A DNA stretch of 64,000 nt, taken from positions 7,021 to 71,020 of IMG/VR virus record IMGVR_UViG_3300023173_000013; one strand, written 5' to 3'. This document shows, piece after piece, positions 19,674-28,440 of the stretch. Positions within the stretch are counted from its first letter, which is position 1; each line of letters starts with the position of its first letter. This DNA comes from a virus. Taxonomy: Duplodnaviria; Caudoviricetes. The position numbers and the translations under genes are program-made. The notes under the pieces are model-generated. The model worked only from the letters and a program-made list of their open reading frames with translations, did no database searches and was not told the origin of the DNA.

Positions 19674-20018
19674 ATGATTATATATACGACTAGGGCAAGA
19701 GAAGGTGAATCTCACCCTTTACAGATTACTTGGGTCGATGAAATAGGTAGACCTCTAACAGTCCAAGACGTTGAATATAGCATCTTTATGTACGAGGGAG
19801 GGGTGCGTACAGAGTTGCAAGCTACAGCACCTATGTCACCCACAGACCATGCTTATCGGTTTGTTGCTAGGTATGAGATACCCGAAGGTACATCAGGGTT
19901 AGTCTTATATGCTTTGTTTACAGCTACCCTTGTTGCAGATGGTAGTTCGCTCGTAGGAGAGCAGGTCTTACAGATAGAGAAGTCGATCACAACTCAGCGA
20001 CTTAACGTGTCTCTGTGA
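19674..20018 (+). CDS. Small beta-rich structural protein (putative)
   Basis: Beta-strand pattern resembling the next ORF (LQITWVDEIGRP vs LPVTLADENGVP). Confidence 0.4.
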   Translation: MIIYTTRAREGESHPLQITWVDEIGRPLTVQDVEYSIFMYEGGVRTELQATAPMSPTDHAYRFVARYEIPEGTSGLVLYALFTATLVADGSSLVGEQVLQIEKSITTQRLNVSL

Positions 20019-20028
20019 GGTCTAAGAA

Positions 20029-20361
20029 ATGAGTGTATTATTCAAGCAACTCGACATACTTGGACCGAACGACTTACCTGTGACTCTTGCAGATGAGAAT
20101 GGAGTTCCTTTTGACCCCTATTATATTTCTTATGCTTTTTATAGGAAGACAGAGACAAGAGGTATTTATAGAGTGGGGTTAGGAGAGCGAGTTCCTTTTA
20201 GATCATCTATAGGGGTTTATTATGTAGGTGAAACTCTTAGCACCGAGTTTATTCCTGGTGATTACTATATAGAGTGGACTATTCGTAGGACAGACTTGTC
20301 TCCGAAAGAAATCATAGGCAAAAAGTACTTTGCCGTTGCCCAATACAGTTATAGCCCGTAA
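20029..20361 (+). CDS. Small beta-rich structural protein (putative)
   Basis: Ig-like pattern GVYYVG...PGDYYIEW, co-oriented in the operon. Confidence 0.4.
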   Translation: MSVLFKQLDILGPNDLPVTLADENGVPFDPYYISYAFYRKTETRGIYRVGLGERVPFRSSIGVYYVGETLSTEFIPGDYYIEWTIRRTDLSPKEIIGKKYFAVAQYSYSP

Positions 20362-20767
20362 GGAAATAAAAATGAGTTATTCTCCCGTTAAAAAAGGTCA
20401 AAAATTTACTCTTGATGATGTTTTTGAGCCGATCATTTATTTAATCACTTTCCCAGACCCAAAAGGTTATATTATCGTTCATGTTAAGGTGGTTGGATTT
20501 AACGACCAAGAAGTTAAGAAGACTTTAAGAGGTATTCACTATCTCACAAATCGGCTAGTTAATAGCTTTCAATTGAGTGATATTCTTGATGTGAAATACG
20601 AAAAGTCAGACCAAATGATTTCCTTCTTAGCTAATGAAAACATTGATTATGATGTAGAACTCACAACGAAGGCTTTAGAATATGACACTCAAAATGGTCA
20701 TTTCCATCTTTCACAAAGTCTGTTTACTGTTCTAAGCTCTAACTTTAAGAATGTAGTGGTGGTCTAA
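20330..20767 (+). CDS. Hypothetical protein (likely start 20372)
   Basis: ORF track; AAGGA lies upstream of the ATG at 20372. Confidence 0.45.
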   Translation: MPLPNTVIARKEIKMSYSPVKKGQKFTLDDVFEPIIYLITFPDPKGYIIVHVKVVGFNDQEVKKTLRGIHYLTNRLVNSFQLSDILDVKYEKSDQMISFLANENIDYDVELTTKALEYDTQNGHFHLSQSLFTVLSSNFKNVVVV

Positions 20768-20768
20768 A

Positions 20769-21275
20769 ATGAAACGATTAGCAAGCGAAGTCCTAAGAGA
20801 CTTACAAAACCGAGTATCTCAGCTTGAGAGCCGAACAAAGATCGCTAGGTCTATTCCTCGACCCCCTCAGAATGATGGCTTTATTGACCTTAAAAGAGCG
20901 ACTGCTATTTCAGATAAGGCACTTGACCGAGAGTATGGTTATGGTTTGAGCAAGCCAAACACATTTGGTTATGAGGCGAACAAGTATTCAAGCCTATATG
21001 CTTTAAATGCTATTTCTGAAAACTATAGTCTTGTTATGGCTAACCCTGATGACAAAAGTCTCATAGAAATCGTAGCAGATGCAGTCCATGACGGTTGGTC
21101 ATGGGCGGCATACAATGTAGATGACCCTCGCTATCAGACTCAGCCTGAAAAGCGAACCAATCGTATTGCTTTAGCAGACACTCCTTATCGTTCTCTTTCT
21201 GAAGACGAGAAAGAGAAAGATCGAGTGATCGCTAGAGCGTTAATTGACACTTACTATATGGCTTCAAAGAGGTAA
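20769..21275 (+). CDS. RyR-repeat domain protein with a cargo-type leader
   Basis: ADAVHDGW...LADTPYRSLSEDEKEKDRVIA matches the RyR repeat (A...H..W...L.PY..L.E.EK..DR). Leader: MKRLASEVLRDLQNRVSQLESRTKIA. Confidence 0.65.
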   Translation: MKRLASEVLRDLQNRVSQLESRTKIARSIPRPPQNDGFIDLKRATAISDKALDREYGYGLSKPNTFGYEANKYSSLYALNAISENYSLVMANPDDKSLIEIVADAVHDGWSWAAYNVDDPRYQTQPEKRTNRIALADTPYRSLSEDEKEKDRVIARALIDTYYMASKR

Positions 21276-21280
21276 TAGAA

Positions 21281-22075
21281 ATGAGAAGAACAGCAAGCGA
21301 AATGCTGAGAGAACTAGAGATCAGAATTGCTCGTCTTGAGAGACAAGCTCGTGAACCTTTCACACGCACAGCGTCATTCAATGATCGAGTTGCGGCAGGT
21401 AAACCTTATCTTATGAGTGAGGGTCTTACGAAGGGAGCAGTTCGTGAAGGTGAAGCGTCAATGCTTTACAAGATTGATGAGGGTAGAAATCAGTCGAAGT
21501 ATTACGAAATGCTTATCGTACAATCTCCTCAGAATATTGGTGGATATACCCTTATCAAGAGATGGGGTAGACTTGGACCTCGCTTTCAGCAGAGAGAAGA
21601 GTTTTTCCGTAACCTAGCAGGTGCGAAAGCAGAGCTTGAGAAGATCGAACGTAGTAAGACTAAGAAGGGCTACATTTCTGCTTTCGGTGATTATCACAGA
21701 ACACCCGATGGACGTAAGCTCCCAATAGGTCAGTACCCTGTAGGTCTTGAGTCAAGTGCAGGCTCTTGGAGAAACCAAGAAGTGACTGTATGTCTCCCTG
21801 TTCTTAGAAAGCTCAATCAAGCATTGGAAGATGCAGTTCTTGATGCTGAAGCAGGTCATTTCGGACAAGACCTTATCCAAGACCTCGAAGATGTATTCGC
21901 TATGACGGCTGATCTTGGTGAGTCAATGGCTATGGAAGTTCAGAGTAAGCTTCGCCCACCACTAGAGAGACTTCGTGGTACAAACAGACGCTTCAAGAAT
22001 GACCCTAAAAAGATCGTGAAAGAGCTAAAGACTCTTTCTCGTTATCTTGACCTACAACTTTCACTTTGTAAGTGA
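21281..22075 (+). CDS. WGR domain protein with a cargo-type leader
   Basis: NQSKYYEM...LIKRWGRLG...AKAELEKIERSKTKKGY is a canonical WGR domain. Leader: MRRTASEMLRELEIRIARLERQA. Confidence 0.8.
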   Translation: MRRTASEMLRELEIRIARLERQAREPFTRTASFNDRVAAGKPYLMSEGLTKGAVREGEASMLYKIDEGRNQSKYYEMLIVQSPQNIGGYTLIKRWGRLGPRFQQREEFFRNLAGAKAELEKIERSKTKKGYISAFGDYHRTPDGRKLPIGQYPVGLESSAGSWRNQEVTVCLPVLRKLNQALEDAVLDAEAGHFGQDLIQDLEDVFAMTADLGESMAMEVQSKLRPPLERLRGTNRRFKNDPKKIVKELKTLSRYLDLQLSLCK

Positions 22076-22086
22076 AATATCGAACA

Positions 22087-22440
22087 TTAATGGCTTAAGA
22101 GGGAGATAAGATTCTGTCTTTCTTCCTCTTTCATTATAGTGAACATTTCACTTACATCTATCAGCAACAGATTACTTGCCTGTTGAGTGTAAGGCTTCTC
22201 GTATGCGACTCGTTCAATCAGTTTGCTCACGAAATCTGAAATGTCTAAACTATACGCATCGTTCGACTTGAGATCATACAGAAGCTCTTTTAAAGATTCA
22301 AAGAGTTTCAATGAGCAGAGCTTCCTGTCGTAGGGGTCAATCTGAGAGAAGAATGTGGGGAACATTTCTTCCATGACCTTAGCGATCTTCTGTTCATCTA
22401 TATAGCGTTGTGCGATCTTTGAAGCGAGCTTATTTCTCAT
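22087..22440 (-). CDS. Hypothetical protein with a cargo-type leader
   Basis: Begins MRNKLASKIAQRYIDEQKIA. Confidence 0.55.
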   Translation of the reverse strand: MRNKLASKIAQRYIDEQKIAKVMEEMFPTFFSQIDPYDRKLCSLKLFESLKELLYDLKSNDAYSLDISDFVSKLIERVAYEKPYTQQASNLLLIDVSEMFTIMKEEERQNLISLLSH

Positions 22441-22442
22441 AG

Positions 22443-23099
22443 CTAGTCTCCTAACTTAACTAGGGTACGTTCTGCTTGAGACTCACTAATCTCACCTATC
22501 TCAACTAAGAAGTAGAGATAGTCTTCTAGGCTCACATGATCGACAGGATAAGGAGTTGGCTTGATTATGTGACCCTCAAAAGTCAGACCAAGCCGATCAG
22601 CTACTTTCTCAACAGCTTGTATATTTTCTTTAGTGTCTTCCCATATTTCTATGTGCTTAATCTGAGGAAGTCTCTTGAGGATTTCAAAAGTAGTTCTTTG
22701 CTTGTAGGGAGCTGTTTTACTACCCATGTTAGGGTTGAGATAAACCTCATCAAAGTCTAGCCCCTTATTCTTGAGTAGCTCTGCAATCCTATAGTCCATG
22801 CTACCTGTACCGACTCGACCCGTACACATGACAGCCCACACATTCGGATTAGCGATAGAATCTTTCGCTTCTGCTACAACACTCTGAATCCAAGCGTTTG
22901 AGGGAGGTACATCAGCAAGGAAAGGTCTACCTAGAGACACATTGCTGACAAACCAATTCCCTAAAGCCTTTTTATCCCACCATTCGGGAGGTTCGGGGCT
23001 TCTAAATAGAGTGCCATCAAAGTCGTAAATGTGAAGCTCAAGGTTGGCTGAAGACTTCTTAATGAATTTAGTGGCTACTCTTGCTGTGAGGGTTCTCAT
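22443..23099 (-). CDS. HAD-superfamily phosphatase (Swiss-Army-Knife RNA-repair-like HAD), paralog 1
   Basis: HIYDFDGTLFRSP (motif I DxD), MCTGR (motif II) and IWEDT (motif IV). Leader: MRTLTARVATKFIKKSSA. Confidence 0.75.
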   Translation of the reverse strand: MRTLTARVATKFIKKSSANLELHIYDFDGTLFRSPEPPEWWDKKALGNWFVSNVSLGRPFLADVPPSNAWIQSVVAEAKDSIANPNVWAVMCTGRVGTGSMDYRIAELLKNKGLDFDEVYLNPNMGSKTAPYKQRTTFEILKRLPQIKHIEIWEDTKENIQAVEKVADRLGLTFEGHIIKPTPYPVDHVSLEDYLYFLVEIGEISESQAERTLVKLGD

Positions 23100-23106
23100 T
23101 TCTCTA

Positions 23107-23156
23107 CTCCCTGTGTGATGTGGCTCAAGTATATGTCACCACACAGGAAGTATAAA
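23107..23156 (-). promoter_or_regulatory. TTTATA element followed by a 14-bp RBS-occluding hairpin
   Basis: On the minus strand: TTTATA-CTTCCTGTGTGGTG ... CATCACACAGGGAG-TAGAGAAATG. The arms pair with two G-U pairs and the right arm contains AGGGAG. Confidence 0.55.
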
Positions 23157-23175
23157 GAAATAATCTGAGGGGGTA

Positions 23176-23370
23176 TTAGCCCTCTTTCTTTGTCGCCTCA
23201 AGAGCCTCAACACGAAGTGCCTTTAGCTCGTCCATAGCTTGCTTGAAAACCTTGCGTACACGGGTAGCTGCGGCACGATTTTGCTTGCTGTCAATCTTGC
23301 TTGCGTCTGAGACAATATCAGCACTTGAGAGAAGATCAGAAATGTTCTTGAGTTTAGTTTCAATACTCAT
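23176..23370 (-). CDS. Histone H1-like Hc1-family nucleoid protein
   Basis: 64 aa. KQNRAAATRVRK...LKALRVEALE resembles the Hc1 core (KGNKAAAQRVR...L.K.YRKES). Confidence 0.65.
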   Translation of the reverse strand: MSIETKLKNISDLLSSADIVSDASKIDSKQNRAAATRVRKVFKQAMDELKALRVEALEATKKEG

Positions 23371-23446
23371 GGTGTACTCCTGTAAAGGTAGTAAAGGGTT
23401 TAAGTGTAGCCCTGAATCAAGAAGGGCTGTTTTGCTTATACCCGAA

Positions 23447-23806
23447 TTAAAGAGGTCTTTCGTGTTTTTTTAAGTATGAAAGCTTATTTTTTATGTCTAC
23501 CCCCTCTCCAAAGAGGGTGCTTGGTGCTTCGACCTTGTGTAATCTAGCGTCTAACTCAGAAATAGTAGGGTCATACTCTTCATCGTCCATGTAGATCACT
23601 CCGTCATCAGCTACCCAAACCTTTTCCCACCCTTTAGCTTTGCCTTGTGTAAAGAGGATAATCCGACCATTTCTTTCTATCCACTCTTTAGCAAAAGCAA
23701 TCGCTTCGGGGTCTTGGTTAAGAAGGGGTGTAATGTACTTTCTAGGAAGTAGTCCAAATGGTCGGATTTGCCTCCAAGTAAGCTCTCCATAACACTCGCT
23801 CTTCAT
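23447..23806 (-). CDS. Hypothetical protein
   Basis: 119-aa ORF within the minus-strand operon. Confidence 0.45.
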   Translation of the reverse strand: MKSECYGELTWRQIRPFGLLPRKYITPLLNQDPEAIAFAKEWIERNGRIILFTQGKAKGWEKVWVADDGVIYMDDEEYDPTISELDARLHKVEAPSTLFGEGVDIKNKLSYLKKHERPL

Positions 23807-23978
23807 CGTTCATTTCTCCTACAAAGACAACATTCTTAGCTCCATGAGGTAAGTCCTTTGGTCTTGTCACTATCTGTTTGAAATAGTCGGGGTGTATCTT
23901 GAGCTTGAGCTTCTGTGATTGGCTACAAGCAACGATTTTCCCCTCTCTGATGAGGTGTCCTATTTTCATTTCTAACAT
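23742..23978 (-). CDS. Hypothetical protein
   Basis: 78-aa ORF coupled to the end of the QueC-like gene. Confidence 0.4.
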   Translation of the reverse strand: MLEMKIGHLIREGKIVACSQSQKLKLKIHPDYFKQIVTRPKDLPHGAKNVVFVGEMNDEERVLWRAYLEANPTIWTTS

Positions 23979-24850
23979 GGTGCTTCTTCTCCTACTTGTT
24001 TTAAGAACTTGAGGTTCTCTTTACATTTCCAACAGACCCCACACATATTCTCATGCTTAGGGGCATGGGGTTTCTTACGATGCCCTGCAAAGAACATTGG
24101 ATTTAAGACGCAAGAGCAAGTCAGTTCAAATAACTCTTTCTCTATGAGTGTCTTGAGTTTCTGTGACTTTGGTAGAGTCGGGTAAAGACCCTTTATTTCA
24201 CCTCCTACATAGCTTGATAAGAATGGTAGAAATGTAGCCATAGATTCTTCTGTGTCAGAGAACCAATCGAGTTCTTCATCATTCTCATCGGACATTGAGT
24301 TAGGGTTATGGAAGATCACGTTATCCTCATCTACAGTAACGAGAACAGAACCGATACGCTCTTTACGGATTAAGTCTTTACATAACATAAGTGCGTATTG
24401 GAGCTTGGCAAGGCTCTCAGGTGTTTCGATCATATTGTCTTCACTTCGGTGGAGCTTTTTAAGCTGTGAGAAGTGCTTGAAAATATGAAGTTCTAGCCCA
24501 AGGGCTTCACAAATCTGAAGCCCTGCTCTTTTTTCTCGACTATTCGTTGCAGGGTTCAGTCCGTCTATGAAGACAGGGTAGAGTGAATACCCATTTTCAA
24601 GGGCGTAAGTGAGTGACCAAGTGCTGTCAATCCCACTTGAGAACAGTACAATACATTTCTTTTCATCTAGCTCAAACTTCTCCTCAGACGAGATCGAGGT
24701 AGACTCAGAAATAGATAGATCGAGTCGGTGGTGGGCTGACATCGCCTTCACAAAAGGCACGAGGTTTGATGGGACGCTAACCTCTTTTTTTATAGGTGTG
24801 AATGTCTCGTAAAACGACACAGCGTCAAATTTAAATTCCTCAAATAACAT
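23972..24850 (-). CDS. QueC-like PP-loop ATPase (7-cyano-7-deazaguanine synthase superfamily)
   Basis: CIVLFSSGIDST PP-loop and the C-terminal Zn motif TCSC...CGVCWKC. Divergent (SSGIDS instead of SGGLDS). Confidence 0.7.
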   Translation of the reverse strand: MLFEEFKFDAVSFYETFTPIKKEVSVPSNLVPFVKAMSAHHRLDLSISESTSISSEEKFELDEKKCIVLFSSGIDSTWSLTYALENGYSLYPVFIDGLNPATNSREKRAGLQICEALGLELHIFKHFSQLKKLHRSEDNMIETPESLAKLQYALMLCKDLIRKERIGSVLVTVDEDNVIFHNPNSMSDENDEELDWFSDTEESMATFLPFLSSYVGGEIKGLYPTLPKSQKLKTLIEKELFELTCSCVLNPMFFAGHRKKPHAPKHENMCGVCWKCKENLKFLKQVGEEAPC

Positions 24851-24853
24851 TTC

Positions 24854-26029
24854 TTAAACTCCAAAAAAGTTGTCTTGTGTCCACTTAGGTTCAGGAGCTT
24901 CCCCTTTACTCCACACCCATACAGGCTCGCAGAAAGTATCGGTTAGCCCGATACCATTTCTCTTGTTGAGTTTGTAGCCAACGACACCCTCATAAGTAGC
25001 ACCCAATGACTCCATATATCTTAACATAGGTGTGCATATATCCTCGCCTTTCTTGTCTGCTATATTGATCGCTATCCGACCACCCTCAGCTAGACAACCC
25101 CATGACTTACTTAGCATGGGAAATAGAAAGCCCTCTAACCATTTATCTGTAGTAGGATAACGCTTCCAACTCTGAGTGTCTTCTTCACTATACCTCTCTA
25201 TGTCAAAGTAAGGTGGGGAAGTAAAAACAAAGTCTACTTTAACATCTGTCAAATCGGCTTCCTCAGCAGGCGAACAGATGAACTTAGTCTCTTTACCTGT
25301 GTTGCAGAAATGGCTGATCTTTCGATAGGGTTCATGTAGCTCAGAGTTTGGGTCTATTCCTATGTAGCTGATCGCATTAGAAGCGTGAAAGCCTACAAGC
25401 CGATCACCCCAACCTGCTGAGGTATCTAACACTCGTTTCGCACCAAAGAAGTCGTATATAGTCTTAGCACATGAGGGCTTGAACTGACTCGCCATATAGG
25501 TGTGCATTTTTAATGCTCGATACAGAGTGCTTTGCTCAATCCCTTTAGTTTCTATTTCTCCCTTGAGTATGCCAAAGAGACATCTAAGAAATGAGTGCTT
25601 TTTATCGGGGTTCTCCCACTCATAAACAGGCGACTTTCCTGAGTGATAACCACATTTCATACGCATAATCTGAGAGTGTTGGTTAGATACTTTCAGACCA
25701 TGATTACCACAGGTAAACACTACAGGCTCTCCCTTATAAAGTAAGGGTGTCTCTTTACTTTGTCGAGGGGCTAACCAAGACTCTTTAGCATAGTTTACTT
25801 CCTCAACCTTGAGCTTTGCCCAATCAGACTTAACCTCTTGTTCTGTGTATTCTCTTACAGGGAAAGGTAAGCCTTTGATTGCTTCGGCTAGTTGCGACTT
25901 TATTTCTTTTTTAGAATAATGGTCGAGCATAGCTAACCATTGGCTAGGGGCTATCATTAGCTTGCTTTCCTTAATTTCTATGTACTCTTGGAGAGCTTTC
26001 TTTTCAGAGGTATATTCAAACAACATCAA
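24854..26029 (-). CDS. SAM-dependent DNA amino-methyltransferase, paralog A (likely ATG start 26026)
   Basis: Motif I VLDTSAGWGDRL precedes motif IV FTSPPYF. Confidence 0.8.
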   Translation of the reverse strand: MMLFEYTSEKKALQEYIEIKESKLMIAPSQWLAMLDHYSKKEIKSQLAEAIKGLPFPVREYTEQEVKSDWAKLKVEEVNYAKESWLAPRQSKETPLLYKGEPVVFTCGNHGLKVSNQHSQIMRMKCGYHSGKSPVYEWENPDKKHSFLRCLFGILKGEIETKGIEQSTLYRALKMHTYMASQFKPSCAKTIYDFFGAKRVLDTSAGWGDRLVGFHASNAISYIGIDPNSELHEPYRKISHFCNTGKETKFICSPAEEADLTDVKVDFVFTSPPYFDIERYSEEDTQSWKRYPTTDKWLEGFLFPMLSKSWGCLAEGGRIAINIADKKGEDICTPMLRYMESLGATYEGVVGYKLNKRNGIGLTDTFCEPVWVWSKGEAPEPKWTQDNFFGV

Positions 26030-26046
26030 TGTAAGTACTCCATTTC

Positions 26047-27228
26047 TTAAACTTCAAAGAAATTGTCTTGAACTTTGGGTTTATCCTCTTGTCCTTTTAG
26101 TATTCTTGTTCCATCTCCAATGTACTCGTGAGAATAACAGAGTCGGTGAGCGTGGGCTTCATAATCAAAGCTAGTATATGCCCCCCTCGCATACTTGTTT
26201 GTCTTGCTGTTGCTCCAATACCCTTTTCTTACTTCGGACATACCCTCATAAGAGCTTCTCCTACTGACTTTATTCATGCTTGTAGGTTTCCAAAGATCAG
26301 AGTTATTTCTGTGTTCTCCTAACTTTGGGTGAGCTGTCTTAGAGAAATAGCGACAGCCCCTGTCATAGAACATCTTAGCAACTATGTTAGATAACCTAGA
26401 CCCTAATCCCATACCTTGAAAGTCAGGTAAGATCACAGTCCTATGTTCTCTCCAAGCATTTCTTAAGTCTCTACTTGGGAAAGGTATCGCAGAACCGAAC
26501 CCACAGATCGTGTTGTTCTCGTTGACCAAGAGCCAACAATGAGCAGACTTGTTTATTTCCGAGCTTAGATAGTGATGATCGCTGAAGACTGCCCACGCTT
26601 CGGTTGAGCAAGGTAGGACTCTAAAATCTGAAGAGAGCCTTTCCGACCTCCCTTCTACGAGCCGTCTCGTTAACGTGTTAGCTACCCAATCGGGCTCTAA
26701 CCAATTTATGACATCTTCGTGACAAGTAGCGATGACTACATTCTTATATCCATCGTGGTCGATTACATTCCTCACACCTATGGAAATAGACTGAGCCAAG
26801 TCTCTATTACAGACAGAAGTAAACTCGTCTATTACGCACCCATCTTTCAGAGTTTTTGCTATATCAGCCCTGTGTTTCTCACCTGTACTTAGAACATGGT
26901 AAGGTCTACACAGAGAGGGGATAGAAGACAGCCCTAATCTCATAAGTAGGTTCGGGTCTACTTGAGAAGCAATCGCTTTACTACTGTCCCAAGTGGTTAT
27001 TTCTTCGCTTCCCATTTCTTTAAGAAGTGTGGACTTGCCTGAGCCACTTGGACCATAAATCACCCCTAGCGAGAAATCTTGAGGCACTTCAAAGCTAGGC
27101 ACTTTGAATGAGCTTTTCCCGTTAAACTTGTAGTCGGAAACCTCGGCTAGTTTCTCAACTATTGGTTCAAGTTCTACTTTTGAGGTGAGGGTTTGCCCTC
27201 CTATTTTTTTGTAATCGAATAAGTCCAT
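26047..27228 (-). CDS. ABC-type ATPase fused to a GNAT acetyltransferase
   Basis: Walker A GPSGSGKST, signature LSTGEKHR, Walker B VIDEF, H-loop ATCH, and the GNAT acetyl-CoA motif RTVILPDFQGMGLG. Confidence 0.85.
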   Translation of the reverse strand: MDLFDYKKIGGQTLTSKVELEPIVEKLAEVSDYKFNGKSSFKVPSFEVPQDFSLGVIYGPSGSGKSTLLKEMGSEEITTWDSSKAIASQVDPNLLMRLGLSSIPSLCRPYHVLSTGEKHRADIAKTLKDGCVIDEFTSVCNRDLAQSISIGVRNVIDHDGYKNVVIATCHEDVINWLEPDWVANTLTRRLVEGRSERLSSDFRVLPCSTEAWAVFSDHHYLSSEINKSAHCWLLVNENNTICGFGSAIPFPSRDLRNAWREHRTVILPDFQGMGLGSRLSNIVAKMFYDRGCRYFSKTAHPKLGEHRNNSDLWKPTSMNKVSRRSSYEGMSEVRKGYWSNSKTNKYARGAYTSFDYEAHAHRLCYSHEYIGDGTRILKGQEDKPKVQDNFFEV

Positions 27229-27231
27229 TTC

Positions 27232-28440
27232 TTAAACTCCAAAGAAATTGTCTTGTGTCCATTTAGGTTCGGGTGCTTCCCCTTTACTCCATATCAGAAT
27301 AGGTTCGCCTCGCTTCTCCGAACCATGATCTTGACGGACAGCTCCGGGTCTGATGTTTATTTCATATCCGACAATACCCTCATAAGTAGCCCCTAAAGAA
27401 TCCATAAAAGAAATGAGGTCTTTAGTGACTTTAAGTTTAGGGTTATCGCAGATGTTAAGGGCTATTCTCCCCCCGACTTTTAGGTGCTTGTAGACTTCTT
27501 CAAGCGTGGCAAACAAGTACCTCTCTTTCCACACTTCAAAGTCGCTATACCTCTTAATAGATTGAGTGTCTTCGTTGCAGTAAAGCTCTACATTGAAATA
27601 GGGTGGTGAGGTAAATACAAAGTCATATTCAAGCTCAGAGTAGTCTACATCTTCAGAGGGCATACAGATCGTTTTTACAGATCGGCTAGGGTCATAAAAC
27701 TTGTGTATTTCATTATAAGGCTGATGTAGCTGAGTGTTAGGGTCAATCCCTATGTAGCTCTTTGCTTCGCTTGCTAGGAAGCCCACAAGCCTATCCCCCC
27801 AACCTGCTGATGGGTCTAGTACATTCTGAGCGTCAAACAGATCGTATAGAGCCTTTGCAACTGAGGGTCGAAACTGAGTCACCATTTGACCCGACAACCT
27901 GCCTGCTCTGATGAAAGTTTTTTGGTCGAACTTATCCTCTAGGTACGCATTTCTGAGAAGCCTATGAGTGCGAGGGTTCACTTCTCCGTTATCCAATAAG
28001 TCCTGCCAAATAAAGGGGAGTGTACCACGCTCGTTTCTACCCTCTAAGTTTCGAGTAGCTTTGAGCCTTATTGGTTGGGTGAACAAGTCTGAGAGAGAGT
28101 TTCCCGACATGGTGCTAGTGGGCAGTAGTAAGTACCCTCCTCTATAAGACAGATCGTGTACCTCTATGTTTTGGTTTTCCCATTTCTCTTTAAGGTACGT
28201 TCTGTCTTGTATTCTGAGCTGAGAGAACTTTTTCTTTTGCTGTCTTTTGTTGTAAGGGAAATAGGGGAAAGGCAGTTGCTTGTCTTTAATGAGCTTCGCC
28301 ATAAACGCAAAGATGTCGTCTCTTGAGAAGTTCTCTTTTATTTCTGAGAGGACTTCTTTGCTCATGTGTATGTGGTTATCTTTGACCCAAACATACTGAT
28401 CTAAACTTGTTTTCTTTGTTTCTTCTAAATCAAATAACAT
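27232..28440 (-). CDS. SAM-dependent DNA amino-methyltransferase, paralog B
   Basis: VLDPSAGWGDRL and FTSPPYF. Confidence 0.8.
   Translation of the reverse strand: MLFDLEETKKTSLDQYVWVKDNHIHMSKEVLSEIKENFSRDDIFAFMAKLIKDKQLPFPYFPYNKRQQKKKFSQLRIQDRTYLKEKWENQNIEVHDLSYRGGYLLLPTSTMSGNSLSDLFTQPIRLKATRNLEGRNERGTLPFIWQDLLDNGEVNPRTHRLLRNAYLEDKFDQKTFIRAGRLSGQMVTQFRPSVAKALYDLFDAQNVLDPSAGWGDRLVGFLASEAKSYIGIDPNTQLHQPYNEIHKFYDPSRSVKTICMPSEDVDYSELEYDFVFTSPPYFNVELYCNEDTQSIKRYSDFEVWKERYLFATLEEVYKHLKVGGRIALNICDNPKLKVTKDLISFMDSLGATYEGIVGYEINIRPGAVRQDHGSEKRGEPILIWSKGEAPEPKWTQDNFFGV

Noticed and set aside
26047-27228. ABC transporter annotation
   Set aside because: There is no permease partner, and the GNAT fusion and methylase context argue against transport.
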